Origin: a virus
Lineage: Duplodnaviria; Caudoviricetes
IMG/VR virus record: IMGVR_UViG_3300032305_003086
Span: 62,599 to 126,598 of that record
DNA: 64,000 nt
Reading direction: 5' to 3' (one strand)
A program made the position numbers and the translations under genes. Within the stretch, counting starts at the first letter, position 1. Each line of letters opens with the position of its first letter. Of the stretch, positions 39,841 to 48,568 are shown one piece after another. The notes below the pieces were generated by a model that saw only the letters and a list, made by a program, of their open reading frames with translations, had not been told where the DNA came from and did no database searches.

Positions 39841-40410
39841 ATGAGCACAATAGGCGTTGCTGGACAATTTAGAAACGGCAAAGACGTAATATCCGATTAT
39901 CTTGCCGATAAATTAAAATTAAAAAGAGCAGCGTTTGCTTCTAATGTAAAAAAAATATTTTGTGAAACTTTTGATGTTGATATTGAATTTATTGAAAAAT
40001 GGAAAACTATTTCTGAGCCGCCCCCAGGATTTAGTATGCCTGTAAGGCAGGCTCTTCAGTTTATTGGTGACGGTTTTAGAAAAATTAAAAATGATATTTG
40101 GGTCGATCTAATTTTTAGGCATCAACCATCCGACGTGGTAGTTTCGGATGTTAGATACATTAATGAATTAAATAAAATTAAAGAAAATGAAGGAATTAAT
40201 ATATTAGTCCACAGGCCAGGCTTTTTAAATTTGGATCCAAACGAATCAGAAGCTCAAATTAGACCTTTTGTCGAATATTACTTATCAGAAGGCGTTGAAG
40301 GCAGAGTTTCCAATTCTGAAGATAAATTTAAATTAATAGATTATTTTATTATTAATGATGGGACATTAGATGATTTATATAAAAAAATTGATAAAACTTT
40401 CAATCTATAA
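39841..40410 (+). CDS. deoxynucleoside monophosphate kinase (T4 gp1-like)
   Basis: GQFRNGKD P-loop, FA..VK, RQALQFIG, SDVRYINE. Confidence 0.85.
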   Translation: MSTIGVAGQFRNGKDVISDYLADKLKLKRAAFASNVKKIFCETFDVDIEFIEKWKTISEPPPGFSMPVRQALQFIGDGFRKIKNDIWVDLIFRHQPSDVVVSDVRYINELNKIKENEGINILVHRPGFLNLDPNESEAQIRPFVEYYLSEGVEGRVSNSEDKFKLIDYFIINDGTLDDLYKKIDKTFNL

Positions 40411-41065
40411 TTTGTCTTTTTATTTGTTTTTCTAGTTGTTCTATTTTTTTTTCTGTAAAAATCTCAAACTGCCATCCTCTTATTTTACACGCTTCATTTG
40501 CTGCAAACCATTTGTTTTTATTTACTTCTAGGTGTGTTTGATTAGATGGCTTTATTTCCCACAATTCTTTGTGTCCATCTAAAAAAGTAATAAATATATC
40601 TGGGATGTATTTGTGAGCCTGTCCTTTGTGAATGTAATCAACTTCAAAAGGCTCGTAATCAAAAGACAAAACATCTTCATGTCTATCTAATAATTTGTAA
40701 ACTCTTTCCTCCATTCCCGATCTGTATGGTAAGATTTTACCTGTTTTTGTTGATTGGTATTTTCCTTGTTTGAAATTTGGTTTTTTTGTTTTCTTTTTTC
40801 CTTTACTTGTAAAATCACGCCAAATCATGGCTTTATATTGGCCTTTAATATTACTAAAGTTAAAGCTAGGGTGTTTTACCTTAAAGTGAGTTTTAAGATC
40901 ACGAACAGGAGCTTTGCAATGATCTAGGGGGCACAATATGTAATCCCTCCCTTCATCATGATCTTCTATAATGTGATTTTTAAAATCTTGGTATTCATTA
41001 AATTCTACACCGCAACAAAAACATTGGTATTTTCTTAAGTTGCTATTTTCAAATGGAAGTGTCAT
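40400..41065 (-). CDS. C2H2 zinc fingers fused to TnsA-like (T4 gp4-type) endonuclease
   Basis: CFCC..H..H, CPLDHC..H..H; YRSGME, YEPF, YIPDI, EIKP, KW.AA. Confidence 0.75.
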   Translation of the reverse strand: MTLPFENSNLRKYQCFCCGVEFNEYQDFKNHIIEDHDEGRDYILCPLDHCKAPVRDLKTHFKVKHPSFNFSNIKGQYKAMIWRDFTSKGKKKTKKPNFKQGKYQSTKTGKILPYRSGMEERVYKLLDRHEDVLSFDYEPFEVDYIHKGQAHKYIPDIFITFLDGHKELWEIKPSNQTHLEVNKNKWFAANEACKIRGWQFEIFTEKKIEQLEKQIKRQIID

Positions 41066-41100
41066 AATAATATTTATTCTCAAGAGTAAATATTATTATT

Positions 41101-41259
41101 ATGGTCAAAATTATTTGTATAAACAACGACTACTACCCAGTATCTCTTCAATTAAATAAAGAATACGAGGCGAAAGAAGATTATTTTTTTTATATAATAT
41201 TAGATGAAACTTTAGAAGAATATTATTATCCTAAAGAAATATTTAAAATATCTAATTGA
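41101..41259 (+). CDS. small hypothetical protein (52 aa)
   Basis: MVKIICINND...; preceded by a TAAATA motif. Confidence 0.45.
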   Translation: MVKIICINNDYYPVSLQLNKEYEAKEDYFFYIILDETLEEYYYPKEIFKISN

Positions 41260-41261
41260 AT

Positions 41262-41651
41262 TCACTTCTCATCTAATTCCGAATTTGAATCAGAAATAGC
41301 GGGCATTTTTTTGCCTTTTTTGTCTAATTCTTTTTCCACTTTTTCTTGGTCTACAACTTCTATGCTCTTTAGATCTTTTGATCCAAAAACAATTTCATTC
41401 GGTTTCTCTTGTTCTAAATTATAAGCAGAAAATGTAGCTTCTTTACTCCATTGTTTTTCTTCTTTTTCTGGATTTTTCATTCTTGCAAAAGTTAGTCTGC
41501 TATTCTCAGAAGCTCCATATAGCACTTTATCTTTCTTGAAGAAGAATACCAAGTCGTTATCTTCCATTAAGCATTTCTTATGAAAGCTATCTTTAATCTC
41601 GTCCCATTTATCAAGTAATTGTCTAAAATCAGAAAAATTTGGCGAATTCAT
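41262..41651 (-). CDS. hypothetical protein
   Basis: GGAGG RBS before MNSPNFSDFRQLL. Confidence 0.6.
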   Translation of the reverse strand: MNSPNFSDFRQLLDKWDEIKDSFHKKCLMEDNDLVFFFKKDKVLYGASENSRLTFARMKNPEKEEKQWSKEATFSAYNLEQEKPNEIVFGSKDLKSIEVVDQEKVEKELDKKGKKMPAISDSNSELDEK

Positions 41652-41680
41652 AAAACCTCCACTAATTGATATATATTTGT

Positions 41681-42076
41681 ATGAGTAAGCATTTATCATT
41701 TAGTAATTTCTTAAAAAATGAAGAAGAAACCTATTTTACAGGAATGAGTAAAATGGGCATAAATAAAGATGATTATAAATATTTTCCCCAATCTTCTTCT
41801 TTTTTTGATTTTGGTCAATTTCCCGTAAATATTGGATCTTTTACAATTTTAGATTTTAAGAAAAATGAAAATGGTGAAATTACACATGTAAAAGTTAAGC
41901 AAATAAAAGATCCTCAATTCAATAGCCTTAAATATGATAAGGAAAATAGAGAAACTAAAGATGACGAATATGGAAGTGAAGTGTTTTTAGTTCCTATCGG
42001 GGATGTTGAAAAATTATTGTTACAAGGCCAAAATCAACCACCAGCAGACCCTTCTGGTGGAGTTGGAGTTGTATGA
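41681..42076 (+). CDS. hypothetical protein with capsid-targeting-like N-terminus
   Basis: MSKHLSFSNFLKNE; TATATA 5 nt upstream. Confidence 0.55.
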   Translation: MSKHLSFSNFLKNEEETYFTGMSKMGINKDDYKYFPQSSSFFDFGQFPVNIGSFTILDFKKNENGEITHVKVKQIKDPQFNSLKYDKENRETKDDEYGSEVFLVPIGDVEKLLLQGQNQPPADPSGGVGVV

Positions 42077-42240
42077 AATCCTTCAAGGAATGGTTGAAGT
42101 TGCATGAAATCGGAACTATGACATCTTCTCCGACAGGAGGAGTAGGTGATATAGCACAATTCAAAATGCCAGTAATGGGAGTTATTAGAAGAACTTGGCC
42201 ATTTTTAGATGAAAAGAAAAAGAAAAAGAAATCATCTTGA
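42073..42240 (+). CDS. small putative internal head protein (55 aa)
   Basis: MKSFKEWLKLHE; GGAG RBS; ATGA overlap; missed by the ORF track. Confidence 0.6.
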   Translation: MKSFKEWLKLHEIGTMTSSPTGGVGDIAQFKMPVMGVIRRTWPFLDEKKKKKKSS

Positions 42241-42287
42241 TTTGTTGATCAAATTAATATAATCTTAAGCTTTTATAGAAAGAATTT

Positions 42288-43223
42288 ATGATTCAATTCA
42301 CTTCTGAAGAAATAAAGCTTATAGAAAATATAAGACAAATAAATGAAAATAAAGATTATGTACTAATGGAGTTTGATCAAAATCTTCTTAAGGTTATTGA
42401 GCATGGTTATTCTATGATGGATAGAACCGGCACTGGCACTAGATATTTGCCATCTATATCTACAAAGATAAATATAACAGAAAGAGTGCCTGTTCCAACT
42501 AGACGAAAAACTGCATGGAAGTCTATGTTGAAAGAATATCTATGGTTCTTAACAGGCTCAGATAAAATTGATGACCTTAATAAAATGGGATCGAAAGTTT
42601 GGGATTTTTGGAGAGATGAAAAATGGGCTATTTCTAATGGATTTGATCCTTCTAGTATTGGATATGGGTATGGTCCAAATTTAATACATTGCGGTGGAGA
42701 TATTAATAATTTAAAAAACAACCCAGGTTTTAATCAGATTGATTATGTGATAAATGAATTAAAAACAAATCCTAATTCTAGAAGAGCATTATTTTCTTTC
42801 TGGAGAGGAGACAAAGTAAATAAAAGCGATGTTGTTTTAAATTGCTGTCATTTAATATATCATTTTGTTGTAACTCCAAATGAATTTGGAGAAATGAAAG
42901 ATTTGAATTGCTGTGTGTATGCAAGGTCTACTGATGCTTTTGTTGGAGCCTTGTCAACCAATCTTCAGGGAGCCGCTTTTTACACATACATGATCGCTCA
43001 GCAAGTTGAAATGAAACCAAAAGAGATAAATTTTATTTCTGGAAATTTTCATATTTATAATAATCATATTCCTTTGGTCATGGAGTATTTATCAAGAATC
43101 ATAGTAAAGTCTCCTAAATTAAAATTAAATAAAAAAGAATCAATATATGATTATACACCGGAAGATTTTGTTTTAGAAGATTACGAGCCTTTGGATAAAA
43201 TGAATGTTCCCATATCTGTTTAG
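42288..43223 (+). CDS. thyA: thymidylate synthase
   Basis: DRTGTGT, EYLWFLTG, YG, NQI, PNSRR, CH nucleophile, RS.D..G...N, HIYNNH. Confidence 0.9.
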   Translation: MIQFTSEEIKLIENIRQINENKDYVLMEFDQNLLKVIEHGYSMMDRTGTGTRYLPSISTKINITERVPVPTRRKTAWKSMLKEYLWFLTGSDKIDDLNKMGSKVWDFWRDEKWAISNGFDPSSIGYGYGPNLIHCGGDINNLKNNPGFNQIDYVINELKTNPNSRRALFSFWRGDKVNKSDVVLNCCHLIYHFVVTPNEFGEMKDLNCCVYARSTDAFVGALSTNLQGAAFYTYMIAQQVEMKPKEINFISGNFHIYNNHIPLVMEYLSRIIVKSPKLKLNKKESIYDYTPEDFVLEDYEPLDKMNVPISV

Positions 43224-43229
43224 ATTAAT

Positions 43230-43258
43230 TTGACCTTTGAGATATTTTTTACTATATT
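43230..43258 (+). promoter_or_regulatory. sigma70-like promoter, likely leaderless folA transcript
   Basis: TTGACC-17-TATATT, ATG 6 nt downstream. Confidence 0.55.
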
Positions 43259-43264
43259 GGATCT

Positions 43265-43792
43265 ATGACAACAATAATTGTTGCTTTTGATGAAGAGTAT
43301 AATATTGGAAAAAATAACTCCATACCTTGGCACTTCCCAGAAGATTTGCTTAATTTTAAAAAATTGACTACCGACAATGTTTGCGTAATGGGCAGAAACA
43401 CTTGGGAGAGTCTACCTGATACGTTTAGACCTTTGCCGAATAGAATAAATATCGTAGTCTCTAATTCTTATTGGAATAACTTAGATAAATTTGTTGAAAG
43501 TTTTTCAAAAATTCCAAATGATCCTCTTGATGCTTTTGCTGTTTTTAATTTGGAAGATGCTCTAAATTATTGCAAAGAATACATTTTATCAAAAGAAGTT
43601 TTTATAATTGGAGGAGCAAGAGTTTACGAAGAGGCTATTATTAAAGGCTATGTAGACAAGATGATTGTCACTAGGGTTAGAGGGGTTTTTGATGGTGACG
43701 TTAAGTTTCCAATAATTGATTGGAACAATTGGAATTCTAAATTATTATTATCAACTAAAGATTTTGAAATACTAGAATATACAAAAATATAA
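43265..43792 (+). CDS. folA: dihydrofolate reductase
   Basis: IGKNNSIPW, DL..FK, MGRNTWESLP, RPLPNRINIVVS, IIGG, GDVKFP. Confidence 0.93.
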   Translation: MTTIIVAFDEEYNIGKNNSIPWHFPEDLLNFKKLTTDNVCVMGRNTWESLPDTFRPLPNRINIVVSNSYWNNLDKFVESFSKIPNDPLDAFAVFNLEDALNYCKEYILSKEVFIIGGARVYEEAIIKGYVDKMIVTRVRGVFDGDVKFPIIDWNNWNSKLLLSTKDFEILEYTKI

Positions 43793-43805
43793 GACCGCCA
43801 TAGTT

Positions 43806-45137
43806 ATGAAGAAAATAGCAGTTATTGGAGATGCAATAATAGATGAATATTATTATGTTAAGGCTGAAAAGATAAGCCCAGAGTTTCCAATTTCCGTTAT
43901 TCATTCTGAGTTGTTTTCTCCTGAGAAATCTCTGCCTGGTGGCGCAGCAAATGTTTGTTATCAACTTTCTAATTTTGATAAAATTATTAGTTATTTTGGA
44001 ATTGTTGATTTTGAAGCTTTATCAATACTAGAAGATTATTTCTCAACGGATAATTGCGTTTTATTAAATGGAAAAAATCCTAGAAAAAAAAGATTTTATC
44101 AAGATTTTTTTCCTCTCTGTCGAATAGATGTTGAAACTGAAAATTATAATTTATCTAAATCTAGTTTGAATCAATTACAAAAAAGAATTTGTGAAAATTT
44201 ATCTAATTCAAATTTTGATATAGTTATTTTTTCAGATTATGGCAAGGGAATGTTTAATGATTTTGATATTAAAAATTATTTCAATTCTACAGGCGAAGCC
44301 ATAAAAATTGTAGATCCCAAGAACGGCCCCGCTTCAAAGTGGGCTAATTGCGACATAATCAAGCCAAATTACAAAGAAGCAAAAGACATCAGCGGACTTA
44401 AAGATTGGAAAGATCAGGTTAAATTTTTTAGAGATCAAACCAATGCAAAATATGTTATTATTACACAAGCTGGAAATGGTGTTGTTGGATTGATTGATGA
44501 AGAGTATTTCCAATATGTTCCTGATAAAAAAACAATTCCAACTTCTGTGATTGGAGCTGGTGATTGTTTTGTTTCTTTGCTTGCTATTGGATTATCTAAT
44601 GGATTAGAAATAAAAGAATCTATAGAAAGTGCTTTTTATGGATCTTCTTTATATGTAAAAAATAAATTCAACAAGCCGCTCCACCCAGCAGATTTATATA
44701 AAAATAAAATTATTGATGATCCTTCAATATTATTAAAAAGAAACTTTTCTTTATGTTTTACGAATGGCTGTTTTGATTTCGGACTAACTGCTGCTCATGT
44801 AGATTTATTGCGGTATGCCAAACAAAAGAAAGAGAAATTGGTAGTTGGTTTGAATAGTGATTCGAGCATAAAGAAATTGAAAGGAGACAACAGGCCAATT
44901 TTTAGCTTTGAAGATAGAGCGAAGATACTTTCTGGCTTAGAATTTGTAGATTATATTGTTAAATTTGAAGAAGATACTCCTTTTGACTTAATAAATAAAA
45001 TAAAGCCTGAATTGATAGTAAAAGGCGGCGACTACAAGCCAGAAAATGTTGTAGGTTATGGTTATTATCCGGTAGATATTTTTAAATTTGTTGGTTCTTG
45101 TTCTACTACTGAAAAAATAATTAAACTAAATGAATAG
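43806..45137 (+). CDS. hldE: bifunctional heptose-7-phosphate kinase / heptose-1-phosphate adenylyltransferase
   Basis: ISPE, GGAANV, SDYGKG, VDPK, KPN, GAGD; FTNGCFD, VVGLNSD, KGDNRP, KGGDY. Confidence 0.9.
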   Translation: MKKIAVIGDAIIDEYYYVKAEKISPEFPISVIHSELFSPEKSLPGGAANVCYQLSNFDKIISYFGIVDFEALSILEDYFSTDNCVLLNGKNPRKKRFYQDFFPLCRIDVETENYNLSKSSLNQLQKRICENLSNSNFDIVIFSDYGKGMFNDFDIKNYFNSTGEAIKIVDPKNGPASKWANCDIIKPNYKEAKDISGLKDWKDQVKFFRDQTNAKYVIITQAGNGVVGLIDEEYFQYVPDKKTIPTSVIGAGDCFVSLLAIGLSNGLEIKESIESAFYGSSLYVKNKFNKPLHPADLYKNKIIDDPSILLKRNFSLCFTNGCFDFGLTAAHVDLLRYAKQKKEKLVVGLNSDSSIKKLKGDNRPIFSFEDRAKILSGLEFVDYIVKFEEDTPFDLINKIKPELIVKGGDYKPENVVGYGYYPVDIFKFVGSCSTTEKIIKLNE

Positions 45138-45145
45138 ATATTATT

Positions 45146-45433
45146 ATGAAAAAATCATTTATTGAATGGATTAAATTTAAAGAAGAGCTTCAAAATAAAG
45201 GTCCAAAAGATTTGGGCGACATGAAGACTGATTTGAATATTAAAAACGCTTTGGTGAACTCTATAAAGCAGGGTCAAGATGCTTCTAAAACCTTGGGAGA
45301 TACTGCTCAAAAAATAGCTATGGATCCAAATACCAAGCCTGAGAGTTTACTCAAAATAAAAGATGTTGTTGATAAAATAAAAGCAAAAAGTAATCCCAAA
45401 AAACAAATGCCAGGATCGGCAGGACAAAAATGA
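45146..45433 (+). CDS. putative internal head protein
   Basis: MKKSFIEWIKFKE; TAGATA 5 nt upstream. Confidence 0.55.
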   Translation: MKKSFIEWIKFKEELQNKGPKDLGDMKTDLNIKNALVNSIKQGQDASKTLGDTAQKIAMDPNTKPESLLKIKDVVDKIKAKSNPKKQMPGSAGQK

Positions 45434-45597
45434 AATTTTCAGAATGGTTGTTGCAAGTAGAAGGCGGAAAAGGATCTGGCCCACCAATTAGCATAACTGG
45501 TTTTGGCGGTGGTGGTCAAGCTAAATCTGGTGTTGGAATGTTTAAACCTGCCAAGCCTCATACTAAGTTAGTTCGCCATCCATTATCGAAAGTCTAA
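45430..45597 (+). CDS. small putative internal head protein (55 aa)
   Basis: MKFSEWLLQVE; AGGA RBS; missed by the ORF track. Confidence 0.55.
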   Translation: MKFSEWLLQVEGGKGSGPPISITGFGGGGQAKSGVGMFKPAKPHTKLVRHPLSKV

Positions 45598-45599
45598 AA

Positions 45600-46541
45600 A
45601 TGAAGTTTCATAGTCATCTGGTGATTGACCCTGTTCAATCTATGGGTTTGAATGAGTTAAAAGAAAAAACCACAGTCATAATGGCGACTAGTCAATCTGA
45701 TATGATGATATTGATGTGGTCTGTATTTTCTCTTTTTCTTCGCAGCTCAAGTTTTGAACACCTTATGGTTTCTATAAATGGGCCTAATAAAAAAACTGGT
45801 AATCCAAATCTTCAAAATATAAAACAAAAATTCTTTGAAAAATTAATTGAAGAATATGATTTGCCAATAAGTTTATTGAGGATAATTGGACGACAAGGTC
45901 ACGCTCACTCTATCGACAGTTGCATTCCTTGGGTTCATACTGAATATTATACATTAATGCATGATGATGTTCTTTTGTTAAGGGACTGGAACGAAGAGCT
46001 TTCATCCTCTGGATACTTAGCAGATCCAAGAAGATCAGTGATATTATGCCCGCCCAATTTGGTCTCACCCATGCAGGTTTCAAAATTTAAAGAACAAGCA
46101 AAATTGGGAATACCTCATCTAAATACTTTTTTTGTTCATGTTAAAAAATCAGTAACAGAAAGTTTTGGATCAAGATGGCATGGCTATCACTCTCCATTTG
46201 AATTTACTTTAGATGGAGATTGGGCCGATGAATTTTTAGATTTTCATAATGAGCACATAAGCAAATCAGTTAAGAAAGGCCAGAAATTTTATTTTCATAG
46301 CACAGATGTTGGAACTTATATTTGGTATGAACTTATTAAAAACAATCATCGGATTTATAATTTTTCAAAAGACTTTTGTATTCATATTAGGGAATCTAGC
46401 TGGTGCAACAATTTGAATCTTGCCGTTAGATTAGACAGGTATAAAAATCAAATAAATGAATTGAACAAACAAATTTTAGATTCTAGATTCTGTGATATTT
46501 ATAAAGAATTCTCTGTTCATACAAATATAAACTTTGAATAA
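45600..46541 (+). CDS. glycosyltransferase family 2-like
   Basis: GHAHSID...TEYYTLMHDDV, DVG. Confidence 0.65.
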   Translation: MKFHSHLVIDPVQSMGLNELKEKTTVIMATSQSDMMILMWSVFSLFLRSSSFEHLMVSINGPNKKTGNPNLQNIKQKFFEKLIEEYDLPISLLRIIGRQGHAHSIDSCIPWVHTEYYTLMHDDVLLLRDWNEELSSSGYLADPRRSVILCPPNLVSPMQVSKFKEQAKLGIPHLNTFFVHVKKSVTESFGSRWHGYHSPFEFTLDGDWADEFLDFHNEHISKSVKKGQKFYFHSTDVGTYIWYELIKNNHRIYNFSKDFCIHIRESSWCNNLNLAVRLDRYKNQINELNKQILDSRFCDIYKEFSVHTNINFE

Positions 46542-46543
46542 TT

Positions 46544-47416
46544 TTATATTTCTTTCATAAGTTTATTCATCATAATTCTAGAGTTAAGTTCTATGAACTC
46601 TATTTCTTCTTCATTCATATTAGATTTCCATTTTTCTAATGATTCTTCATCAATTTTTCTATTTATTCTTGTGTTGCCCATCGCCATGTTATTATTTAAG
46701 GTTTCATCGTGCTTTTTAATGTGATGTGATAAAAGATTATCGTCATATTTTATTTCAAGAAAATTCATAATTTTATGTAACTCTTCTTTCGGATTTTTAA
46801 CAACCATATCATAATTAATTGGCAGAACCTTTAGGCCCATTTTTTTCATTTTAAAATAAGCTGAGTTTTTATATTTCCAGTAACAAATCGCTTTTGTTAG
46901 CGCGTCCCACTCTGTTTTTTCATATTTTTTAATTTCTCTTCCAAAATTTTTATTAAAAGATCTTGATTTATCGTTCATCCAAATGTTGATGTTTGGAATT
47001 ACTTCGTAATTAATATAATTTTTATCTAGCATTAAATCATTAATTCCAAACCAACAATCTTTTCTGTAGCATCTTAGAGATTTCATAGAAGAAATTGTTT
47101 GTTTTGCATCTCTGAAGATAAATAAAATTTTATCTTCATCATTTATGTAATTTCTTATTGATTCGTATTCTGTAAATAATTCTGTCCATATTGGCAATTG
47201 AAAAGCATTGTATTTCTTATTGTGTTTTATCCTGAAATTTTTCTCAAAATACGAATATCCATTTATTTCTCCATAGCAATATATCTTAGGATGAGAGTCT
47301 AAGATCAGCCGGAGCATAGTGGTCCCAGATCTTTGGCACCCCAACACGAATATCTTAAATTTCTTACCAAACAAATTAAATAAATTTATCATACTATTTT
47401 TAATTACATGGAACAA
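46544..47416 (-). CDS. sulfotransferase family protein
   Basis: GCQRSGTTMLRLILDSHP PAPS-binding loop, RD....SS, YDMVVKNP; true start may be slightly downstream. Confidence 0.85.
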   Translation of the reverse strand: MFHVIKNSMINLFNLFGKKFKIFVLGCQRSGTTMLRLILDSHPKIYCYGEINGYSYFEKNFRIKHNKKYNAFQLPIWTELFTEYESIRNYINDEDKILFIFRDAKQTISSMKSLRCYRKDCWFGINDLMLDKNYINYEVIPNINIWMNDKSRSFNKNFGREIKKYEKTEWDALTKAICYWKYKNSAYFKMKKMGLKVLPINYDMVVKNPKEELHKIMNFLEIKYDDNLLSHHIKKHDETLNNNMAMGNTRINRKIDEESLEKWKSNMNEEEIEFIELNSRIMMNKLMKEI

Positions 47417-47896
47417 AAAGATTTAGCATTTGTATTAGAGTGTGAGCCAAATTTTTGTAATAACTGGATGAGTTTTGTTTCTTGGTATTCACTTAAAAAA
47501 AAGATTCCAGATGCTTTAGTTTTTTTGTCGGTTCCCAGTGTTAATGTTTTTTTTGGTTGGGCTAATCGTGTTGGTGTTAAGGTATTTAGAAATCAATTTA
47601 AGATCGATAGGCCAATTATTAAATTAATTAAGCCTTCTGTGATAGCTGTTCGTGAATTTGATGGCAATTTAGATATTGCGTCCTCTAAAAGCGAAGTTTA
47701 TGCTTGTTTAGTGGATTATAAGTACGGATGTGGAAGTTTTATATTAGATAAATGGTATAATTTGAAAAAAGCCCCCCTTGCTAGCGCTTTGAAAAAATTT
47801 TCAACTTTAGACCTTACAATTAATGAATATGCTGTATTAAATATGTGGGAGCAATCTTGCTCTGTTTACAAACAATTGGTAGGAGGTTCCGTTTGA
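47408..47896 (+). CDS. hypothetical protein
   Basis: ORF in operon. Confidence 0.55.
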   Translation: MEQKDLAFVLECEPNFCNNWMSFVSWYSLKKKIPDALVFLSVPSVNVFFGWANRVGVKVFRNQFKIDRPIIKLIKPSVIAVREFDGNLDIASSKSEVYACLVDYKYGCGSFILDKWYNLKKAPLASALKKFSTLDLTINEYAVLNMWEQSCSVYKQLVGGSV

Positions 47897-48147
47897 AAAG
47901 GTTTCATTTTAATGATGATGAAGAGAATGAAGAAGAAAATCACGATCAAGAGCATATTGGCCCTGAATTTTTTTCAATGGCTCAATTTCCTTTAGAGTCC
48001 GGCAATAGGATCCTAGAAGCAGCAATAAAAATTTGTGAAAATTCATTTTTTTGGAAATTTTATAAATTACAAACTAAATTAAATAAAATAAAAGAATCAT
48101 ATGATTTTTTAAGAAATTTAGAAGAATTAGAAGGGGATCAAATCTAA
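47893..48147 (+). CDS. hypothetical protein
   Basis: TTG start after AGGAGG. Confidence 0.5.
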   Translation: MKRFHFNDDEENEEENHDQEHIGPEFFSMAQFPLESGNRILEAAIKICENSFFWKFYKLQTKLNKIKESYDFLRNLEELEGDQI

Positions 48148-48497
48148 TGCCTCGTTATGAATTTGAATGCGAAAAATGTCAGGAAGTTTTTGACATTTGG
48201 TCTAGCATGTCTGAGAAGAATAAAGTAGTAAAAAAAAGCAAATGCCCAAAATGCAAATCTAAAAAAATAACTGAAGTTATGGGATGTCCTTCTGTTAAAT
48301 TCGCAAATCCAGTAGGAACCGATAGGTGGCATAGTGATTCAAAAGGTCACGACTATAGACATAAGTGGAATATGGACAGACCCGGTGGTGTTCGAGAACA
48401 AAGAAAAAATGCAGAAGAGAAATCGCATATGGGCAAAACCCCGTATAGAAAGATTGATGACATTTCTAGCGGCAATCATTTTGGCGAAGTAAAATGA
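48147..48497 (+). CDS. FmdB-family zinc-ribbon protein
   Basis: MPRYEFECEKC...CPKC. Confidence 0.8.
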   Translation: MPRYEFECEKCQEVFDIWSSMSEKNKVVKKSKCPKCKSKKITEVMGCPSVKFANPVGTDRWHSDSKGHDYRHKWNMDRPGGVREQRKNAEEKSHMGKTPYRKIDDISSGNHFGEVK

Positions 48498-48499
48498 TA

Positions 48500-48527
48500 T
48501 TGTTTTTGTTTTTGTTTTTTGTATAAT
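48500..48527 (+). promoter_or_regulatory. sigma70-like promoter of the prkA operon
   Basis: TTGTTT-16-TATAAT. Confidence 0.45.
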
Positions 48528-48568
48528 AACTATCGCTAATAATTCAAAATAACCGGAGACTTGAATTT

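Noticed and set aside
42288-43223. dCMP hydroxymethylase (DNA hypermodification) instead of ThyA
   Set aside because: The dUMP-specifying Asn after RSxD is retained and the gene is paired with DHFR.
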